From positions 434,001-498,000 of the forward strand of contig CAUYUJ010000004.1 of assembly GCA_963575745.1 (NCBI GenBank): DNA of 64,000 nucleotides, in the 5' to 3' direction. This DNA comes from Prorocentrum cordatum. Taxonomy: Eukaryota. Shown piece after piece: positions 50,659-61,500 of this stretch (the stretch's first letter is position 1; every line of letters begins with the position of its first letter). Both the position numbers and the translations under genes were made by a program. The notes under the pieces are model-generated. The model was given only the letters and a program-made list of their open reading frames with translations, was not told the DNA's origin and searched no databases.

Positions 50659-52560
50659 TTAGGCTAAAGCGCACCACCGCGGCTGCGACCATATCGGGCG
50701 CGCCGCTCGGATGCCGCCGCCCTCGCGCGGCGCCCGCGCGAGCGAGCGCGCGATGCTCGCCGTGTGCGCCCAAAAGGCGTCGGCATCGCCGCCAAGCACG
50801 TGCGCGGAGGCGCGCGGGTGCAGCTTCTCCTTGAAGAAGTAGGGCAGGACCAAGCTCAAGCCATAGTAGTGGCCGTTCTTGGTGGAGGAGAGGTGTTTCA
50901 ACACCTCGGCCGCAATGTGTTCCCCTCCTCCGTCCTCCAACAGCACGACGTCGCCGTATTTGACGTCGTGGTAGCGGCGCCGCGCTGCAGCGGACGTAAC
51001 AAAGTCCGCAGGCCCGAACTGTTGCAGCAGTTCGCGCGAGATGGCCTTGGGCGGCCTGGTGGCGTTAACCAGGCAGTTAACCTTGAAGGTGTCGCCATCC
51101 ATGAGCTGCCACAGGTGCCGCTCGGTGACGCTCTTCAGGACATTGGCGTCCCAGCCGCTGGAGGCTGCAGCCCCCACCTGAAGAGCGTTCGCAAAGCGCT
51201 TGCTGGTCTTGTGCTTGCGCTCCAAAACCCAGCACGACGGCAGCGCCACATGGCCCCAACGCCTCACGTAGTTGGCGAAGTGGTGCAGGTAATGGAACTT
51301 CTGCGCCATCGTTTCCTTGCCAAAGACGCTGCTGCATGACAACAAAAACATGTTAACCGCAGCCTGCAGCTTATCCGCGTCTGCCTGACGCCTGGATACT
51401 CGTAGGATTTCTTCCACAACGATCGTGTGCGCCTTGAACACTGCGCAAGCAGATCGGACTGCAGGCGCTGCAGCGTCGCTAGCCACCTCCCTGAAGAAAC
51501 ACGTCAATCCGCCCGCGCGAACGCATGTCCGAACAAGAGGGGTGCAGTACATATCCTACAGAAATTCACGTGCGCTGCAGCGCATGTATTATTGGTATGG
51601 CGGGGGCGCGAAGCATGCAATGATACTTGCATGGTTGTGAGCCCCTCGCTGGCGGTACACTTGAAATGCTTGCTGTAAACGTGGGACCTCACGCGCTTCT
51701 CGCCGAAGATCGCGCGCGTGTCGGGGGAGATGGAGTGGCACCCTGGAAACGACCAGTCCTGGAAATATGCGTCTGCGCGCGCCCAGTAACCCTTCAACCT
51801 TCGAAACATTTGGAACGCCAGAATGTTATATGTACCGTTGACGAAAATACAATGCATCCAATCAAACATGACTGTCTCGAGCGGCTTGAGTTCCCGAACC
51901 CGCTCAGGCAAATGGGGGTCCCAGTTCCAGCCAAGTCGGCGCTCCAACTCCTGGAACTCGCCCTTGTTCATGATGTTGACCCCTTCGATCAATATGTTGC
52001 AGATGGCATCGAGCAACGGCGCCGTCATCGGCTGCAGCCGCGACGCATCTGGTTCCGAGTGGTGAACAGCGACACCCGTCGCATCAGAAGCAACTATATC
52101 CCGAACTTCGCCCTTCAAGAACACGTTGCGGCACATAAATGGTTTGATTCCTGACGAACCTTTCATTCCGATCAAGCGGTGCATTGCATCCTCGTCCGCG
52201 ATCCGACAGAGCCGCTGCAGCGACGCAAGAAGGCGTAATGGATATATACATGTGCACATGTATGCTAACTAATCTTGGGTGCTATGCGGCGACCGCTGCA
52301 GCGGCTGAATGTGAATTCCGAGGTCCATCTGGATGAGCTCCGTCGCGCCGTCGGGGCGCAGCCGCAAGCTGATGCCTGCGCTGAAGTTGTGCCCCTGATC
52401 AGGCCAGAACTGCGCGAGGATTGCGTCCAGTAGCATCGTCAGTCCGCGCGGCTGGATGTCGTTCGCGGTCTTGGCCCGCATCGTCGTGAGCTGGAACCAC
52501 GCATCCTGCGAACAAGTCGCAGCACAACTGGCGCTGCAGCGCCTCTCTCTCTCTGCTCCT

Positions 52561-52629
<69 letters not shown>

Positions 52630-52807
52630 CTCCCCTCTATCGGTCTATCTCTCTCTCTCTGCCCCCCCCCCCCCCCCCACCCCCCCCCCCCCCCCCCTCC
52701 CCCCCCCCCCCCCCCCCCCCCACCCCCCCCCCCCCCCCCCCCCCACCCACCCCCACCCCCCCCCCCACACCCCCACCCCCACCCCCCCCCCCCCCCCCCC
52801 CCCCCAC

Positions 52808-52852
<45 letters not shown>

Positions 52853-52875
52853 ACCCCCCCCCCCCCCCCCCCCAC

Positions 52876-52952
<77 letters not shown>

Positions 52953-53445
52953 CATATATCGTCGCAGCAGCAGCGCTATCGCGAAAGTCCTCCGACGAAA
53001 GCGCCTGCGGGCCGAATTCCGCGATCGCCCAGTAGATGCCCCAGGACTTGCGGTTCTGCACGTGCGCCAGCGCGTTGCCAGCGCCTATTTCATCGCCGTA
53101 AATGATGATGTGCCACGGGCGTGGCAGCCCCAGCGCCCGCTGCCACAGAGGCTGCATCGCGGGGAGGGCGCTGCAATACCACAGCATTGCTGCTGGACTG
53201 CAGATCTCCACCGTGTGCTGCCCGACTACCATGTTCTGGTGGAGCTTGCCGCACGGCGTGTTCTCACCGACCATGAGCTCCCGAGCGTATCTGATATCCT
53301 GGCGTCGGGATCCCAATTCGGGGGTTCCGTCTCGCTTAACGGACGCCAGGAATTGCGCCATCGCATTACAATGCATGAGTGGCAGTTCCGCGCGAAGGCG
53401 GGACAGCCGCCGCAGCTTCGCTGGGCGGTCGTCCTCTGCCGCCAT
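50659..53445 (-). CDS. CMC-like transposase with introns, copy 2
   Basis: Starts MAAEDDRPAKLRRLSRLRAELP; same motifs as copy 1; GA-AG intron 52506-52989 joins ALSSE|DAWFQL. Confidence 0.75.
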
Positions 53446-55533
53446 CGCGCGCGTTCCCGAGGCAAGCTTGCCTCCGTCGCTGCGCGCGCGCGGAGGGGCC
53501 CCTCCGCTAGGGGCCACGGCGACCACGGATGGAAATGAGGCTGCACCGCGTGGAGAGCAACCAAATGCGCGCTGCAGCGCTAACTGCCAAGCAACAGTCT
53601 GGGAGCACATGGCGCTACAGCGCCGCTAACGTTCAATGATGACAATCTGACGCGCTGCAGCGCGAACGTCCTCCTCCTCCTCCATCCTGCTCGCCATCCC
53701 CCTCGTCATCCTCCTCTTCCTCCCCCTCCTATACCTCCTCCTCCTCCTCTTCCTCCTCCTCCTCCTCCCCCTCCTCCTCCTCCGCCTCATGCGCCCCCTC
53801 ATCCTCCCCATCCTCCTCCTCAACCTACCCATCCTCCGTTCATCCGTCTCCCGTCCCTTCATCCTCCCCGTCACCATCGCCTTCATCGTCAACAGCATCA
53901 ATATCATCATCCGCCACGTCACCATCCAACGAGAAACTGCAAGCGAAACTGCGCTGCAGCGCAACACATTAACACATCATGATCCGCGCGCAAACTTTCA
54001 ACCGTGGTCCACGGAGAAGCGCTGCAGCGCAACTCAAACAACACGCTCAACCCCGTTCCCTCCAGCCTTTACCAATCAATCGAACCAGCATGCTTCAGCA
54101 GGCGGTCGCCGAGGCCGACCTCACTCAGGTCACCTTCATCTTCTTGGCGTTCCGCAGCGAGGTCAACGCCTCGTTGAGTTTCTGGTTGGCCACGTCCGAA
54201 GCGGCGATGTCCATCTGACCCCGACCCTGCTACTCATACTCCTCATCCTCCCACATCATCGCCTTCCACCTCCTCCTGATCATCCCCCCTGTCGTCCTTC
54301 TCCCCCGCTGCAGCGGGGGAGTAGCCTGCCACACTCATGAATCCCACCGTCCTCCTTCTCATCCGCCTCCTCATCCACCTGCAGCTCCGCGGTGCGGATC
54401 TGCACCTGCTTCTCCGCTTTCCTGGCGTTCTTCCGCGCCTCCTTCACCTCTGCTGTAGCAGTCGCCGTCGCTCTCGCGCGGGCCTCGCGCAACTCGTCGC
54501 GACGGTCGGCGCGCTTGCGCTTCGAACGGCTTGTCGCAGCGGCGCGCCGCCATTGCGAGCCCAGTGAGGAGGCGGAGGAGGTCCGTTGCCAGCACCCGCT
54601 GCAGCGAACGATGGCGACTGCGACGCGCGAGCCAAGTGAGGAGGAGGAGGAGGAAGGGGGAGGAGGGCATGCCATCGGCAACGCGCAACATGAGCGAATC
54701 ACAGCGCTGCAGCGCGTGACTTGGCAACAACCATGCGGGAGACAAAACTCGACATCGCGAATGATGGCGCTGCAGCGCGTATCGACGAGAAACGACTGGC
54801 ACTCAAGACGAGCACGTCACGCAATGCATGGACACCGCGGCTGCAACTGCACACTCACAAACGCGCCAACGCTACAACGGCACCACAAGTCTGACAGGCG
54901 CTGCAGCGCTGCATCGGAACACAACAGCGCGCAATATCTACGCCACCATCCAGGAAAGCGAGCGCTGCAGCGCTGCATCGTGATCATGATGGCGATGCAA
55001 ACGTTGACCACAAAGGCGCCAGCGCTGCAGCGCCCGCATCCAAGAGAACCCGTCAACATATTTGACTTTCATCCTCCTCGTCGTCCGTGCGAGCCGCGCG
55101 ACCGCCAGGCAAGACCATCGCCACTACCGTTCATATCATCGGCCAGCGTTCCATCCAACCTCGCACTAATCCTCACCATCCTCCTCATTCCTTCTCCTCC
55201 ACATGCTCCTTCTTATCCCCATCGCGCCCGCTGATTGCAGTCGTCTGCAGCTTCTCGGCCCGATAGCTGCCCCGCTCGCCCCCCACTCCCCTCCCCGCGC
55301 GCGCGCGGCCGGGGCGCCAGGGGCCCGCGGGGCCATCGCCGTTCAGGTTTCCTCGACACCTACGCGGCGATCGTCGGCTCCGGGTTCGCCACCCCGCGCT
55401 GGCCCAAGTCGGTCGGGCCGGCGCCTGTGGCCCGTACGACGAGAGCGAGCGTCGGGGCCGACCGTCCGTTCTGAGCGGTGGTCGGTCGGGCAGGCGCGCC
55501 TTTCGGCACCCTGCCTGCCGTGGCCACTGGGCC

Positions 55534-58500
55534 TTGCTAGCACCGTCGCTGCTCGCTCTTCGGCGGGCGGTGCGGACAGGGCCCATGCCACGTCCTGCCG
55601 TTGGCAGGTCTCTCCAGCCTGCACCAGTCTGGTGGTCTTCGGCGCTCTCCACGCCGACTTCGGCGCAAAACTCCTCTCCCTCCTCCTTCGCCTTCTCCCC
55701 CTTGGCCTTTGGGGCGGCGGAGCAGGAGGCCCATCTGAGGAGAGGAGTAGGAGGGGGGCCTCACACGCCGCAGCGCCACGCCTTGCGCCGTGGCGCAGCG
55801 CCAGCCCTCGTCTCGGGCGTTCAAAGTGCCGCCGCGCCTGGGGTCTCAGCCGCCGCTTCTACGCAAGACTTTCAGCCGCCGCGACAGAGACGCCCGACGG
55901 AGGGCACAGTGGCCAAAGGCGCTCCGACGCGCCGCCCAAGGGCTTCAGCCGCCGCGCAAGCCATGCCCGCCATTCCTGCTGCCAGCGAACCCAATGCCAG
56001 CGTGTTCAACGCCGAAGCACCAGAGGGGTGCCCTGCGAAGATAACTGCGCTCTTGGGAAGGGAAGTGGTGGACGAGGATCTCTCTTACCTCCCCCCCACT
56101 CCTTCTCCTTGCCTCTACTTCGCCACCTGGCTCACCTGTGCCGCTAAGCATGGCGACCACTTTGTGGGCCCCGCCTGCTCCACCGTGGGCGGGGGAGCGT
56201 CACTCGCGGGGCACACGGGCTCTGCCGCCGCCTCGGTTTCCTGGCCTTCGGCTGGAGGCATCGCCGCGGCCACTTCTGCCGACGATGCTGCTCGGACCGC
56301 CGGGGGCGGATGCATTCGCGCACCTCCAGGCTTGGACCCGCTGCCTCCTGGGCCTCCGGTCAGGCAGATTGGGCCGCCTCCGGGCCTTGACGTCTTGGAG
56401 GTTGGTTCCCAGAGGCTCAGTGCGGCATGCCCGCGCCGTGGCGCTGCTGCGGCTTGGAGCCCCACGGTCGTCTATCAGGTCCGACCTGGGGCCACGGCGT
56501 CAGAGGCCGCGCTTCCTCTACTGAGGACGCCGCCTCCGCCGCCACAGGGTCGCCCCTGGAGCGGTGCGTTGGCCCTGGTGGAGGCGGGGTGCTCCGTCGT
56601 CCCTCCTCGGGGTTCTTCGGCGGCCATGTCCGACTGCGGCCTTGACGGGGGTAGTCCCTCCTTTTCGAGGGCGGCGCCGCGGTGTGGCTCGAAAGGGGTT
56701 GGTATGCGCCCTGCCAGCGATGCTGATACGGCCCCGCAGGGAGGGGCTCGTACCGCCCCCCCAGCCGCCACCGCAGTCCACCAGCCTGGCACCCCGCCGC
56801 GGAGCGGCCCCAGGGCCACCTCGGCCTTACGCGCCGACCTCCACTTGTGGGACCTGCACACGGGCTCCGACACTCAGGGTGTGGATCCGCCGCCAGGCCT
56901 CTCCGGCTCCGAAGCAGGCTCACGGGTGCCGCCTTTGGTCGACCTCCGCGCGGCCCTTGCCTCGGATGGGGTGCAGCTGTTTAGCAGCGGGAGTATGCCG
57001 TGCACTGCGGCGTCGCCACTTCTGTCCGAGCGCTTCACGGTCGCCGACGGTGACCGCGCGGCCAGCGGAACACCCCTGAGCGCGGACTGGCATCGTGTCT
57101 CCGGGGATTCGCCCTCCCAGGCCAGGCATCTGAGGCCACCGTCCGGAGTTGCCGTCCCAGAAGCGGATGTTCATGCGCCGCCGCCGCTCCACCGTAGCGC
57201 GGTTGGTCCCGCCTCACTTCGGGCGGGCGCTGCCCGTGGGCGCATGTGGTATGGTGAGCGCGCAGGGCTCCTGCCTTTCACTAACCTCGAGGGCGGTGTC
57301 GGCGCGCCAGCTGCCGGAGGGCCACCTCCCCAGTCAAGCGCCCGGGGCGCTTGCACTTGTAACGCAGCGGGCACTCAAGCAGCGGAGTCAACTCCAGGCC
57401 TCGTCGGCTCCGCCGCGGGCTCCTCGGGTGAAGGCGTCGCCGCAGCCGCAGCCATTCCAGCGCGGCCCCGACGCCTCTCGTGCGATCGGATCCAGGGCCT
57501 CGCCGCGTCGATCCCTGCTCGCGCTCGCGAGCGCCTGCTGGCCGACCCTCGTGGTCTGAGCTACTCTCCGTCACCACTGGTAGGCATGCGCCCTTCCAGC
57601 GATGCTGTTACGGCCCCGCAGGGAGGGGTTCGTGCCGCCGGTGGGAAGTCAGGAGCGGGCTCGTCCACGGCGGTCTGCTCTGTCCGAGGGGCCGCTTTCG
57701 CCACGGGCTCCTCGGGCGAATGCGCCGCCGCAGCCGTTGCCACTCCAGCGCGGCCCCGACGCCTCTCGTGCGATCGGATCCAGGGCCTCGCCGCGTCGAT
57801 CCCTGCTCGCGCTCGCGAGCGCCTGCGGGCCGACCCTCGTGGTCTGAGCCCTTCTCCGTCCCCACTGGTCGGCATGCGCCCCTCCAGCGATGCTGTTACG
57901 GCCCCGCAGGGAGGGGTTCGTGCCGCCGGTGGGACGTCAGGAGCGGGCTCGTCCGCGGCGGCCGCGACTCCCCGGGATGCGGTCCCTGCGTTCCGCTCTG
58001 TCCGAGGGGCCGCTTTCGCCGCGGGCTCCTCGGATGAAGGCGTCGCCGCAGTCACTGCCACTCCAGCGCGGCCCCGACGCCGCTCGGCCTCCACCAACAG
58101 CGCTGCCGCACTCCCCGCCTTCAGGCTCCGACGAGTTCGTCGGGTCCGCACTCGGCGTGGAGGACGGCGGGGTCGTCGGGCCGTCGATGGTAGCTGCCGT
58201 GCCGCTCACGCTCCAGCCCATGCTGGTGCAGCTGCCTCGTCTTCGGACGCCCTTTCTGGTGCTTCAGAGGCCGCTTCTGGGGCCCCTGTCCAAGGGAGCC
58301 GCCGCTCGCGCTTCAATCGGAGCGCGCGCGAGGATGCGGCAGCAATGTTGCGCTTCGGAAGTGCACCGCCCGTTGTCGTGCCTCCTGCGGCTGGAGCCCC
58401 GCCACGGTTTTCAGCTTCAGCCGAAGCTGCGGGGGCCCCGTCGGTAGGCATGTGCTCTGCCGGCGATGCTGGTGCGGCCCCGCAGGAAGGGGCTCGTGCC

Positions 58501-61500
58501 GCCGACGGGGTCACCGCGGAGGGGGGTGCACGCGCCGCCCAGGCCAGCGGCTACCAAGGCGGAGCCCCCGACGAGCCTCCTCGGCTCCAAGCTGTCGGTG
58601 GCCCTGCCCTGGACCAAGAGGGCTCCGGGCAGCCCCGAGCCGGCCCCGCCGACCAAGGTGCCTCTTACCCCCAATCTGTTGGAGCCGCCCACGTCGGGCG
58701 GGTCGAACGGGGTGCTGGATGTGCTCGGCCGCCGCCGCCGGGGAGGTCTCATCCCGCGGCCGCCGCCCGCCGCTTCTGGACCGAGCGAGGTCGCGATGGT
58801 AGGGATGCGCAGGTGCAGCGCGGCTGTTTCGGCGCCGCTGGGCCCCGTGCGTGCCGCCATGGTGATTCTCGCTCGCTCCCAGGCGCTTCCCCCGCTCCTC
58901 CTGGCCATCCTGGTCCCAGCGTGGGCGTCGGGGCGCGCCCTGCGCCCTTCGCGCCTTGCCCTTTTCCCAGCACATCCCGTACCAGCACTGGCACTGGCAG
59001 GTCTGCGCCTTTCGTGGCCGATCTGTCCGCCTTGCTGCGCCTGTTTCCAGGCGCCAGCATCGACGTCACCCACTGGGCCGCTGCTCTTGCCCAGGTCGGG
59101 ATGGGGACTCGATGCTCCCTTGCCGCTTTTACCCGCACATCTTTCTGCGCGCTGGAATGGGACGACTCGTACTTGTCGGGGTCGGCTCCCCGCGATCCTT
59201 GGCCGTGCCCTCCCTCGCCGCCTCTTCCGCCGCCACCTGGTCACCTTACGGGTCGCGCGCGGGAGCGCTGGCGTGTGAGGCGCGCCGCCCGCACGTTGTC
59301 GCAGCATGCTGTCGTTGCGCTCAACTGGCTCACCTTGGGTCATCCCAGCTTCGCTCCCGCCGAAGCTCGGGTGCGGGAAACGGTCACACCCTGCCAGGAG
59401 GGAGTTCGCAGTCGCCTCGAGCGTCTGTGTCGGATCGCAGTTCGCCTTGCCCGTGGTGGCAAGAGCGACCTTGGTCGGGCTTTCGCCAAGTTCGACTCCA
59501 CCGAAGTCTCGCTCCATGGCCTGGCTACCCATGTTGCAGCTCTTGAGGCTTCGTTCACCTCTTCCTCACAAGTGCCCGCCCCCATGCGGCAACTCCCCGT
59601 CAGCGCGACGCCCCTGGCAAGCTCGTTGGCGGTCGCGGCAGGCTGGGACTCCACCCAGGCTGAGCCTTTCGACCTTCGGGCCCAGGCGTCCCGCATCAAG
59701 TGGGATTACTCTCCTACGTTTGATCCCACTCCGTACTTGTCCGACGATCTGGTACGTTCCGCCTTTCATGACCCCGACGTCATGCGGCTACCAGAGGACG
59801 AGTGGCCTTCGGGCTTTTCGGGTGCTCGTGTGCACATGGACCGCGAGCAGCTGTGGGAGCTCCTGCGCAAGTGGGACTCTTGTGGCGCCCTGTATCTGAC
59901 TCCCTCCGACAACCTCGCCTGGGACGAGGCTTGTGGAGCGTTCAGGGTCCCGAAGGACGAGGCTCATGACCGTCTCATCCTGAATCCGACGGTAGTAAAC
60001 AGTCGTTGCAGCAGCGTGTCCTCCAGCACTCAGCGCCTCGGCCAGGGTTTCCTCCTGTGCCGCCTGGGGCTCGCGCCCGGGGAATGGCTGGTGGTTTCGT
60101 GTGACGACCTGCGCGAGTTCTACTACACGTTCAAGGTCCCGCCCGCTCGTGCACGCCGCAACGCCCTCCGCGTCAAGCTGCCCAGCTCGCGGTTCAGAGG
60201 CTTCAACGCGTGGCGGGCAGACCTTGAGGGGTTGGACGTTTCTCCCTGCCTTAATGCGCTGGCCATGGGTGACAACATGGCAGTGGAGATCGCCAACTCC
60301 GCACACGAGGGCGTGCTGCGCAGCTTCGGCGCGCTCCGGCCTTCCGAGCAGGCTGTGCATCGCCTGCCGTTCCCTCGGGGGCCGTACGTCGAGATGTTAA
60401 ACATCGACGACCACACGGGCTTTCAGAAGCTCTCGTGGCGCGGGAGCGCCCCGCGCCCCGACGACCCGACACGCCGCGACAGGGAGGTCTTTGCTGCGTG
60501 CGATCGCGGCTACCCCCAGGTGGGTCTCATTCAGCACCCCGGGAAGAGAGCCAGGGGCGAGACCCACAAAGTCGTTGTCGGCGCCGAGGTGGAGGGCAGG
60601 ATCGGCATCGTGTGTGCTCCCCTGGTTCGCACTGTGGCCCTTTGCCGCTTGACTCTGATTCAGGTGTTCCTCGGTCGCTCGACCCGGGCGTTGTTGAGCT
60701 CGCTCGTGGGTTGTTGGGTGCAGGTGTTTTTGTATCGTCGTCCCATCCTGTCGATATTCACTCACATCTACACCTTCATCACGACACTTCCCGACGACGG
60801 GCTTGAGTATGAGCTCCCGTCTTCGGTTCGCGACGAATTGCAAGCCTGCACCTACCTTGCCTTCGTTGCGATGACCGACCTTCGGGCGACGCCTTGCCCT
60901 GAAGTGTTCGGCACGGATGCCTCCCTCGGCTGGGGCGGTGTTGTCCGCAGCGACATCAGTTCGCACCTGTCACAAGAATTGTGGCGGCGCTCCGAGCACG
61001 GCGGCTGGCATACTCGTCTCCACGACCGCCACTTGCTCATGGTTCTGAGCCGCGGGGAACCTTTAGGCCCCGAGCTGACCCAGATACACCGCGAGGTGGG
61101 GCTTCCCTCCCTCGAGCTCCCCATCGCACCGCGCTGGGTCAGTGAGCTGTCGGAGGCGCTGCGTTTCCGTTTGGCCTACAAGTGGGAATTCCGCACGCCC
61201 CGCCACATCAATATCCTGGAGACCACCGTGTTCAAGAGTCTGTGCAAGTACTGTTGCATCCGCAACCCTGACTCACGGATCCCTGTTCTCTTGGATTCCC
61301 AAGTGGCACTAGGCGCGGCCGCCCACGGTCGGAGCAGCAGCCCTGGCCTTTCGCACGTGTTGAGCACCTGCTTGCCCTACATTTTGGGGGGCGGGCTCTA
61401 CATGGGCGGGCTCTACGTCCCGACCGACGTCCACCGAGCGGACGACCCCACGCGCAATCGCCCTGTTCGCCCCCCCTCGCGTGTCGAGCCTGCTTGGTTG

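Noticed and set aside
52660..52950. Poly-C tract giving poly-Pro/Gly ORFs or a G-quadruplex array
   Set aside because: Only a short C-run in copy 1, and intronic; probable sequencing or assembly artefact.
55203..56147. Tyrosine recombinase or gag in the 314-aa overlapping ORF
   Set aside because: No R...HxxR...Y catalytic pattern or zinc knuckle is recognisable.
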